A DNA stretch of 64,000 bases from Phoronis australis (Eukaryota > Animalia > Phoronida), in the NCBI GenBank assembly GCA_002633005.1, contig NMRA01000384.1, positions 225,504 through 289,503 on the forward strand, read 5' to 3'. The notes under the pieces were generated by a model that saw only the letters and a program-made list of their open reading frames with translations, was not told the origin of the DNA and ran no database searches. A program made the translations under genes and the position numbers. Shown here one piece after another: positions 13,080 through 25,000 of the stretch (the first letter of the stretch is position 1; each line of letters begins with the position of its first letter).

Positions 13080-16000
13080 CTGTAAATAATAACACCTACA
13101 TGTATAGAATTACTACTGTTCATCAAGCCCATTTTGGTTGGCTCAAAAATTTTACCTAGTATTAATCTTTGATTTTACTTATGATAGTCAGAAAAAATAT
13201 CCCGACTGGACCAGTGTTGCCTGTTTTATATATCAACCATAATAAAACAAAGTTTCTCGCATCATGTATCTGGGTACGTAGACATCAATTGATTACTTAA
13301 TTGTAGGAAAAAACGTTTTAATTGAACAGGATGTTGAACATATGATGTTACTGGAACAAAAATTCTTTATGCAAATAATAAAATGAGATCGCAGATGTAA
13401 GGGTTAGATGGTAACCTGCAGTAAATGTGAAATTTAAGTGTAACTTTCCTGATGAGATGAGCTGGGTTAGAATCAGAGTATGTTTTGGAATGCTGACGTT
13501 CCCAACAGTAATCGCTACTTTGTTTTTCAATTTTTTGCCAGCTTGGTGTAAATGCCTGTCTTGTGAGCTTTGGTCACCAAGAGGTGCAAAAATGTGAAAG
13601 ATTGGCGTAAAACGAGAAAATTTGTTATTAAGCTTGAAAGATTGACAGAACACGTGAAAGATTGACATAAAACATGACAGATTGGAATAAAACGTGAAGG
13701 AGTGATAAAAATGTGAAAGATTGGCATGTGACTCCTAGCTGATCCACACAAGAATTGTAGCACCTGTTCACAAGTTGCTACAATCAGTGCATGAAAATGG
13801 GTTATTTTTTCTGACAGTATGAACTCGTTTCTACATAGTGTGCACAAATACCACAAATTGTTGACAACGTCTACAACAACCTGAAAATAGTCTACAGTTG
13901 CGACTCGTGCAAAATAATATGAACTAGGTGTTATTCATAAACGTAGCCTTGCATGTTTTTGAAATTTTCACAACTAATTCTCCAGTGCCATAGACTTTCA
14001 GAATGTATATATTATCTTTATTTCCGTAGCAACAACGTGTTCAGTGATTTCATGCCGTTCTTTTCGATCACGAGATAGACCTCGCCAGTTTTGGTAACGT
14101 TGACCATCGTTTTTATGATACCAGAGGAGTTCCAGAAGCCCTCAAAAGTGAACGCTATTTGCGCATAGTCGAACTTCAGTCACGGAGCAAGTCATGTGAC
14201 TTTCAAACTTGATATTGATTTGCTGTATGACAGACGCTTCTACATGCGCAGATAACGTTCATATCCGACGGGAAATTTGAGGCTACGAAAATATCCGAGG
14301 TGTTCCAAAGAAGATAAAGATAAAGAGTTACCTCTCGGTGAAGCTCCTCGCGGTCCAAGTGAATTACTTTGCACCCATAATCAACAACTTTCGCTTCGCC
14401 TTTAGGGTGGCCCGCGAAAATTACATATTCGTGCATGCCAAGTTTCATAAACCTGTTTATGGGTTTTGGCAACGAGGATGTTTCACACGCACATTCTAGA
14501 ATAGCATAATCCAATTCTTTATTCCAAGCAATGATTGGGTTGGCAGTGAACCCAAATTTTCTGTATCTTTGCTCATCATCTTCTTGAAACGTCCTGTCGA
14601 AGTTGAACAAACAACTTCTTCCATATTTTCTCCTTTCTTTTTCTTCATCTGAAGCAACAATGAAACGGAACATATCGAGACTCTTCAAAACCCTAAGTAT
14701 AACAATCCCTTACATCTTTGTTTTTTCATTACATTATTTGCCCACAAAAGTGGCCTAGAAGGACTTCATTTTGCCATCAGCTGTAAGAAGATATAGGGCA
14801 ACGCAAACCCACACATAAAGTGCAGAAACTTCGCTCGCTCAGTGTCAAGTGTACACGAAGGACCACTGGTCAGTGATTAGCGCACAAGGATTATTCAACA
14901 GGGGACTTTTGATACTGGTGCACTCTAGCATAATGAGAATACGAAAGTGACTTCCGAATGATGCGACTCAGATCTGGTGGAGAGAAATTCAATTACAAGT
15001 TAGTGGTTCATAAGTATAAAAACGGAAAAACAGAGAAGTAAAGTTCTCTGTCAGCTGCCCCTCCCATTGTTTGGTTAGTTAAAGTTCATTAATTTAGCTT
15101 TTTGACACAGGCTGTGGTCGAAATTCTCATACTTTATGAGCGGCAACCAATGGCTTTGTCGCAGATATACCTTCCCAGTGTTAAATATATGGAACAGAAC
15201 ATCGTTGCTCATCTGTTGACATTTCAAAAGGTTTGCCTTTTTTCGTTAAGCATTGGTACATCCCACTGCACAGCAGTGAAAATTTGCCTGTATTATAATT
15301 TAGTAGGAAAAGTGTTAAAACGCTGTTTATACCAGTAGGTTGAAACCTCCCGTCCGCATTACAGAGGATCTGTAGGTGGCGCTGAACTCCTGTCTGCCAA
15401 AGACCTGATCGCCATCTAGAGGTTTAGTGAATTTTGAAATGGCGCAGTTATTTCGAAAGTCACCTGTTGGTCTTCCAGGAGTTCAAATGTCCACCTTTCA
15501 ACAAATGTTTGCTCAAGATGAGAACGATGTTAAATTTTTTATCAGCACTATTATTCGGTCACTTGAAGTACTGCCAAATTCGAAACTTGAAATCGTAAAA
15601 TTGTGGCCGTTAAACTGTTCAGTAACAGACCAATAGCAGTGCTAGATATCCTCTCCCACTAACTGTGCTGAAAGAATCATATAACTGTCAGATGTATTCT
15701 CGTGACTGGTGTTAAATATTTCACTTCTGTGTTATTTCATCCCACGCCAATAGCAAGCAATGACTTTACTTGATTTATCGGTCCGGTTTTCTTCTGTTCT
15801 ATTGTGAATTTTCGTGAGTACATAGCGACACTAGTGTTCACAGAATTTCAATTTGAATTAAAACCAAACCTACTCCCTGATATATATAACAACACGAAAG
15901 AAATTTCAATTAAAGACCGCATCGATTGTATTTTACATGGGGCCAACTGCAAACCCCGAAATTCCAAAAGTTGTTACCATCGTCAGAATCTACATCGGGC

Positions 16001-19000
16001 TCCTTTACTACGTGGTAATTGGTCATTAAGTATCGTCTTCCAACTCGGAAGCCAGTGCCGCAGCTTCCGTTCGACCAATTAATTCGGGCGACAGACGCAG
16101 ATGCCTCCACAATTGTTTGATGTAGATGACTCGACAGAGAGTGTTTGCCGCAATCTCGAGCAGGTCCACTGCCTGTTAAAATGTTAAGGAGAAGGTTAAA
16201 CGTGGCATTTAGTAACGATGGACAGCATTTAAAGTTTATCGGAAACATTTCTTTTGATTATTGCTTAATACTTTGCACGCATCTGTCGTCATTTGCGAAC
16301 GATAAGCCCACTTAAACACCAATTAATCTAATACAAGTAATGTCGTTCTCGTTAAAGGGATACCAAACCCGGTTTTGACTTACTAACGGATACTTAAACA
16401 CGACTTTCACACCCTCTTCTCTGAAACAAAAAATACTCTATAAACCTCGACAGCACTTAGAAGGTTGGAGCAAAACTCCTTGCAAAGTGTGGTAAACGAA
16501 CAAGCGTGACCTACGCTTCGGGTGAGATATACGACAGACGTAGGGAAGTACCATAATAAGAGAGTACGAGTTTTCGGTTGAGTTCTGCTTTCCTTTTCCT
16601 TTCGTGACATGATCTTTTTGTTTGGGTGGTTACAAAGAGAAAACGCATATTAATTGAAAGACAGATTTAACAAATACCGCTTTTGGTCTGTAGTCTTGAT
16701 GCCATAACAATCTGAAACAGAGCAACTCTGCACGCAGTTAGCTTCCTTGTAACACCTGACCCTAGTCTCCCTGAGTTCCAGGGTAATACAATAGGGAAGC
16801 CAACTATACATGTACATCTCGTGCACATCTATGTAATTATCTATACCAATGCAAAGGGATTAATACCCTCAGGAGCGGAAAATAACATTTCTGGTCACCC
16901 TCGACACCCAATTTCACGAGCTGTTCGCCACCAATTTTGTGCCGTCTTCCGTCATTTGTGCCGCCCGTCATCCCCCGCCTCCCCCCTCAATCGTGGTATC
17001 GCTAGAGTGATCTAACTAAACCGTACATGCTTCTTCAAGTGACGAACGCCTCCCACCAAAAGATCCACGATTGGATAATTCCGAGTAACACTGCCTGCTT
17101 TCTTTATTTCCGTCGATCTACAAACAAACAAGCACAGGGAATATGATTTTATCATTACATCGTGGTCAAAACACCACCAGGGGCACGTTTCATGAATAAT
17201 TGTTTGTTTTAACCGAGCCTGAAATCGGGATAACTTAACATCAAAATGTCAGCGCTGTTTCATGAAAACTCTTCAGACCAAAATTAAGACAGAGATCGGT
17301 CTAAGTTCAAAAGTTTACTTGATAACTGAGTAGATTTTTGTTCTTAATGACTAAAATTTATCACTACCATAACTGTTGACTGCAAAGTAACACATTTTGA
17401 TGATATTTTTCGCCATCTAATGCCCCTAAATGATGTCAAATTGAAGATCGTCTCTTTCCGATCCAAGAGTCGGCAAAGCGGCCTAGACTTGTACTGACAA
17501 TGCAATCCGACTAAGCCAACCTGCATTTGGGAAATGATATTTCCAGCCATACCAGAGTATTCGTAAGTTAACGATATCTTTATTGTTGTAAATAAATCTC
17601 CGCTTAGCGTTTCAAGGCTAAAACTTTGAGACCGTATTTCACACACTGCCTCGCTTACTTTTTTCAATTCGTAATAAGTGATTAGAACGTAGGCCTAGTT
17701 TGCGTGCTCACCTATGATCTAATACCACGGTTAGGGACTTACAGGTGCGCACGGCAATTAAGAAATTGGTGAGCCAGGTTTGACGGTTTTATGGACTAAA
17801 GGGAATATGATTCCCACGAATCGCATTCAATGATCTTTTAAAGTTATTTTGTGTAAATGAATCAAAAAATTTGACCTTTGTTCTTGTTTACCCGGATACG
17901 GAAGTGCCGCCATCAGAGCACATCCTTTTTCAGACTTGAATTCTTGGGGCGAATTCAGGTACCTTTCAGACAAGTGCAAATTTAAAAAAAATCTAGTTGG
18001 CAAGGGCATATTTAACTTTTGGAATCTAGAGTGAAGGAGCATTCGGATTTTGCTCCCCTCTCTTACAACGGGGCACCAGGGCAGTTAGGCCTACAATGTT
18101 TGATCATTTTTTGGCATCTCACTCTTTTCCGGTAGACGTAGCAAAGCAGAAAGATATGGTTTTGTTGAATTTCTTAGAGAAACTCCATCGAGTGTACTTT
18201 TTGTCAGTTATGCTTTTAGGTGTCTTAAGACTGCTGTAAAAACAAGGGCTTTCATTGACCCAGACCAGTGATAAGGACAAAATCGGCCACTCAAACTGTC
18301 GTCATTGCCTTATATGTCAAAACCTGGGGTAAGGCAAGACCACGACCAAAAAGCGACTTTGAGTTCATGTAACGAACTTTGAATTCATATAAAGGACTTT
18401 TGAGTTCATGTTACGGACTTTCAGCAATGTCCACTTTCAACCTTAACGTAGTCCGAATTTTGAGTTTAACTAAGACACAAATTTTTGGTCTTAAGTCACT
18501 TTTCATGGACTATTATATCAGACTGACTCAATCTATTTGACGGTATACCTGTGTCAAATAAAACTTACTTTTACGGTTCTTGAAAACAAGAGGATTTCTT
18601 TCTTCCTTTTCCATATCTGGAACACTTTCATCAGCACTTCGCTGCTGAGTTTTTTTGTGCCAACAAAATGCCTGTCATCAATGAGCATACCCGTTCTCTC
18701 ACATATTTTTCTGTCCACTTTCATCGGGCTTGATTTCTTTTCCAACACTCCTTCACTGCAGGTGATTTGAGCGGAGAACATAATTTCCTGCTGGCTATGC
18801 AACTCGCTAGGGTGTTGAAAATCACACTGATGCTGTAGAAAACTTGCCTTATCCGAGTGGCAAAGCAAGCTCAGAGCTATTTCGAACTCCTCTTTTGAGG
18901 CAGAAGGACAAAACTTGACCCTGAAAGTCCTTTTTAAGTAACCTCGTATGAATTCGTAAGCCTTGCGTCGAAATTTAGTCCACCCAATAACGTGTTCTGA

Positions 19001-22000
19001 GAACTTTGAACAATAGTAGACTAAATCAGAGCCTTGCAGCTGTACTTCACTCTGACTGGTAATGTCTGTCACTTCATCTTTAGACTTCCGAAATATGAAG
19101 AAGTCAGAGACATTACAGAAACCATTCAGGTGGTTTACTATGGCACTGACGTCCACTCTCATTTCCACGGGTACTTTGAAGGAGTGTTCAGTGTGCACAC
19201 AAATTCTTTGGGGATGCAAATAAATTGTCCCTTCGTCAAATTCTTCCAAAACAGCCTGCACCAACAAAGGCTGTTCCACCCTCATAATGCTAAATTCTGT
19301 GCTCGAAAAATCCTCCAAGCCTCTTTCAATTACTGGAAACAAAGCGTTGTGCCACAAATGTTACGGCCTAAATTTAATGTAAGCACACACGGTATTGAAG
19401 TGTTCATTTTACCACATGTTCAAATTTATTGAGTGGATGTATAAAATTATAAACAGTGGGGGAATTAAGTTCATACAATACCATCTTTATTTTATTTTAC
19501 CATGGCAAAAGGAACACTGTTGATTAAGTCGTATGTACTTAAAATGAATAATAGAAAATTAACGTGAATTTGTTAACAAGTAGAGAATTTTCGTAGTTAT
19601 TTGGTGCATAGAGATTTTATGCGCGTGAACATGGTTGGTCCGTGCACTAAGAAGTCGCAAAAAGTGGCCCAGAAGAAGAGAACCTGCGTCCACGAGAGGG
19701 GCACAGTGTGCACTAGAGAAAAAAATGTTTGTTGCCTGGTAGAAGCCACGCGCGGGCAAAGAACTTTAATGCGTTAGGATGAGATGTCTCAAGCAGGGGC
19801 GGATCGTGGATTTTGAGTTAGGGGGATAGCCAGAATTTTACCCATCAAATATTCCCATCCCCCCAACTGGCAAGTGGAATCGGCAATGGCCCCCTTGGCC
19901 TCCCTCAGCCTTACAGACCATATCTTGCATTGACATTACTGTGGAAGCCATGAATTGTTGGCGAAATAAAAAATCCAATAACTACATAAAACACAGATAA
20001 AAGTAACAAAAACATCAAGGTTGAACAGTAACAGCAAAAATTAGCGGTTCTTTGGGTTCCTTGGCAAGGAAGACGAATGTACTTTTTCCCATGCAAAAAA
20101 TTCTTTTGGAAATTGAATTACTCAAAAAGTCAGTGTGACTGGTGTTTTACTTGATGCGAAATACTACAGTTACTTTCCTCTATCTTAATTTACCAGAGTG
20201 CATGGCGTCCGCTTCCCTTCCTTTCGTCATGTCTTCAATTCCTGTGTGCTGTTTCAGAGTGCCATCGTACGCGTCATTACACACGTTATCACGTAGGTCT
20301 TTTCCTGGTGTTTTTACGATATCCTCTAGATCAACACTCAAGTGTTGATCAGATGAACTTGCAGTCGCTCCCATCGACTCTTGTTGTACTTTTGAGGCAA
20401 ACCCCGATGACTCTGACACAGTTTGCTTGACCTGCTTTTGCAGATCTAGAGGTCTCTAGAAATTACAATGTACACCTAAATGTAATAAATACTCTCGTCT
20501 CATTTATTTCTCTGTGCGGACCCTTAAAAGGACAGTGAATCTAATTACACATTTTGTCAATAGCTGGCGCTAGTGACACTCGTTTGGGCTTTATTTTGCT
20601 GTTCTATTTGTTTACTAGCAGACAGCACTAGATTGACGTGACTCATGGGTCAGGACCGCGATGGTGTAATTTGTTTACAATAGCATACTAGACAACATTC
20701 CAGGAGAGCTGATGTTCCATGGGGTTGGTCTAATGATGATGTGATTTGTGTACTATAGAAAGCCAAGAGCGCCAGTTTATCGTTATTGAAATCATTTAGT
20801 TTCGTTATTGTCAAGGTAGAAGAATGTTCCATCACCCAGTTTGGAACATTCTAGAGCCTTGTTACATTTACACAAATTTGAAAAGTTCCAGAAAGTGTTT
20901 GTTTACAGGTAAGAATTTCCAGAACATTGTAATAGACTATAAATAATTGGGCTCGGGTCAGCTGAAGTTGAGCTGAGTTGAAGTAACAGTTGTAATTACA
21001 GCTTTTGTCAATAGAGGGCCAGCTATAGAGACAGCAGGTTTTGGAAAAGTAAAATCTAACCAGTCTTCAGTCTATAGTCGCACCGAAAGCTAGCTGTTAA
21101 CACCGGTCAGTAACAACCTGCGTCCACCTATCCATGGGGTTAAATGTGACAAATAATATCGTAAATTACGTGCGACTAGGTGACGTTACTACAGAATGAC
21201 AAATTTCAGTGCTCAGTAAACCTCTCAAAACCCCCCACAAGTCTTGAAACACGCTTTAAAGCACAGTAAAAAAATCATGCAAATCAGTTATATACATGAA
21301 GGCCCTAGGAGAAGGAATTAATGGCTCCGCTGAGGACCGTTCACTTTGAACCACAAAATCCAATGCGTGCACATGTCACTCCACCGGTTCGCTAGGGTCA
21401 GCTCGTGATTGAAACACGTGACATGTCTTTTTAACCAGAAGTCGTTGTCTGGAACCAATCAGATGCATCAGCCGGCTGGTCCGGTTCAACAGGAAAAATG
21501 TATCAAAAAGCAGCCAATGAGGAAGTGCTTAACTAGAATAACGTTTTTATTTGTCAGGGTAGGTGTTAAATGTGCAGTAGCACGTGGCTGAACCAGATTT
21601 GGCTGAACACGTGAAAATCGTGTTTTAAAAAATCACCAACAAGTGTTTAGTATTCGTTTAAAACAACAAGTGTTCGGGGAGATTTTTCAGTAATGCTCGT
21701 CATTTTGGAAGAAACCGGAAGTTGAGGTCGCAGTAATTCAACGCCCTTCTGTTTGATGTATTCTTATATTAAATTCTTTGTATTTGCAGACCGCAGTGAT
21801 ATGGGTTTTACTGACCTCACGAAAAGCTGTTGCATCAGTGCTCTTCTCTAGTAGGAGACTAATCACTTCCGGGTTTCCGTTTTCGGAAGCAAGTTGTAGA
21901 GGTGTTTTCGCTTCCTACAAAAATAGAAATCCCGAAATCTGGATGGAAAATGTTGGATAAGGTTTAAGAAGAGCATCACGTGGTGTGGGACTTGGGTTGC

Positions 22001-25000
22001 AGCCCCATTCAAATAACCAATGCACATATTTGTGTAAGTAATGAGTTCAGTACCTGAAGCCGAATTTTAGGAAATGAAAATAAGCGAATGATTTCCGATG
22101 GAAATGACAGCTGGAGGCCATGTTTCAGCCTGAGAATAGAAAACGAGGTCTTAAACAGTGGCTAGAATTCTGTTCGGCAACTGCGAAAGTGTAACAAACC
22201 CGAGCCTGTCTATAATCACCTTTTGAATTAGGACAATTTCTATTAAAGAGCAGCCTCACCTTGTTCTTTACTAACATTAAAAATGATTGCTAAGCTTGAC
22301 AACAATTGACAGCACGTTACTGCCTCAGACTAGACTCGTGAAGTTTCCTTGTTGCGGCACCAGTTTCAGCCGCCGAGGCAGTATCGGACTGTCTCGGAAA
22401 TTCCTGTGGATTTATTGTTCACCATTTCCAATAGAAACAAGGGATAGGACGGTTTTACTTTGGAGGTGTAAATTACACATGAGAAGAAACTTGATGTTCG
22501 AACATCAGAACGTGGATGATAGTAGCTACGATTGGGAGAAACCACCCCACCACGACGGCGACAAATGAAGCAGTAGTAGCAGAACTACGCCAGATGGCGC
22601 TAATTTCCTATCGCCAGGAAATGGGTGTCGAAGCTGATCGTCCAAACTGCCAGGAAGTGCAAATTTCAGCAGCTTGCAGACGGTTATATAAGCATGAGGT
22701 GTGTAAAAAAGACAGCACGTTTCTGTCTTTCAAAGCGACACCAAAGCCGAACCAAGTCCTCGGTGGTAGGACTGCGGTCTGTGAAAGTACGAAATCGGGA
22801 TCCTTTAAACTACTTTTGACGTATGTTTTGAGTATATTTTAAAAAATTTGAAGTAAATTGAATGCTGGTGCAAACTTCTTATGTGGTAGAAAGCTTTCTG
22901 GAACATTTTTGGCATACCTTATTGACGGCATTAAGTACAGCGCCTGCCGAGAGAAGACGTTTCACCACTTGAAGACTACCACGACTGGATGACATGTGCA
23001 GTGCAGTGTTGCCATCCTACAGTATATCGGTTAAAAATGTCAACGTCACAATTATTAAAGAAACGATGCCGCGCATTCAGACAAGAATACTTATTTTCAT
23101 TCAATGGATCTATAGGACCACCAAGTCTACTTTCTGATCGTTTTCTTTATTTTCAAGCAGAAACATTCTGTCCGCTTTTTCCATATATCGGACAACTTGT
23201 CGGATAACCAAAAGAAAAAGTGAGATCAAGTTTAATATTAAAAAGCAGTGCACAAGAAGGACGTTTCACCCTACCCACGCAAATACCACTATCCACTGAT
23301 AAAAATTCAGAGTAGGCAATTTCTCATAGTAAAATTCATTATGTACATGTACATACAACAACCCTATAGCAGTACATAGTTGTTATGTTATAGTTGTTCA
23401 CAATGACAAAAGAAAAGGTAACAGCACATCTGCAAAAATTGCCAAATTGAAAATTTACAAAAACGTAACTTTGTCATATTACATTTCCTATTGCGTCTCA
23501 GTGCTTTGGGTAAGAAAGTGTGTCAGACACGTTCTGTACACGTAGTTTCAAAGACATGAAATACAAACCAGTTCCTCTATGCCAAAACGTCGTTGTGTGA
23601 AAAGCCAAAGTTTTGGATTTCTGTTAACTGATCTTTGAAATATGCATTGGTTATGTATGTATACCCTTGTATAAACCAAATGCCAGCCCTAACGATTGTT
23701 ATGTTAAAAAAACTTCCTGAAACAATTTTCCAAACCTTATTTTTCGCTTCCAGTACAGCGCCTTTGCTGAGAAGAAGTTCCACAACTTGTAGACTACCAC
23801 GGCTGGATGACATGTGCAGCGCCGTGTTGCCATCCTACAGTATAACGTTTGACAGCGCCGTCATCACAAATACTTAAGTACGTATGCATGCACTGTTTGT
23901 CAAGTCTACGTATTTCATCGTGTTCACTTTCTGTGACGTAAAGTCAACGTGCTGAGGCAGGTGTACGTTCCGTAGAGCAAAAATCTCTCACGAATACGTA
24001 AGAACACTCAAGTTTTCACAACAAATCCCCATGTAGGATAAGCAAAGTACGTGATTACACGAGATTTTTGCGTCTCCGAAAGTTTGCCTTGAGGTCTGTT
24101 TTATGAAAAATGTCTCGAGATTTAACTCAGAAATTTGATCTTACGTTCTAGAACAAATAATTAAATCTCAATTGAGCAAAATTGCAAAGTCTCTGAGTAT
24201 TTACACACAACTGGTAGTCCCTGAGACAATTTCCACAAATCATTTCTAGGCTGTGTTGTATTCATAATTGCTTCGTTGAACCTTTTGTCAACAACGGTTA
24301 AGTGGGAGCGAAATACCAATTTTCTGTCTAAGTCTTCAATCACTTTTCTTGAAACAGGTCCCGCCACAGCGACATCTTGCGTCCAGGTTGAACTAAAAAC
24401 AGTAGACCTCGATCCATTAAGCCTGGTAGACGTACCGATGCCGAACCTCAGACACCAGTAAGTCTCGAATAACCCGAGAACGATATGTTGGAGGCAAAAA
24501 TGTTTGCAGGTTTTTGTAGCACAAGATCTATTCACACTCCAAATTTCAGACAGATTAGCCAAAGGACGCCGGAGCTACGAAACCATAAGTCACAAGGTAA
24601 AGGAAAAGCCATCAGAAACTCTTGAATAACTCTACAACGGTAGGTGGTAGCGAGAAACAGAAGGCACACATCAGACACACCCCTTGATAAGGTATATCGT
24701 ACATATCAGCCTTCCGAAGAGTCCTTCAAAGAACCGCAGAGCTAGAGCTCCACGAAGAGAATATTTGAAATTTGTCCGAGACAATGTCACCTTTTGACTC
24801 CTTTTGCCCAAAACTCTAAGCTTCGAAATTTCAACTAGATACATGTTGTGTATGAATTTCCTGTCAACCAGTAGAAAGTGGGATCTGTAGCGTACGATCA
24901 AACAAACGTACAAAAAACAAAAACAGAATACAAACTCTATGGCAAAGCATAATACTTTAGGAAATTTAATTACACCAAGTAAAAAACCAGGTGCGTAACG

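Noticed and set aside
24161-24562. 133-aa intronic ORF
   Set aside because: It has no recognisable domain and no compatible splice sites.
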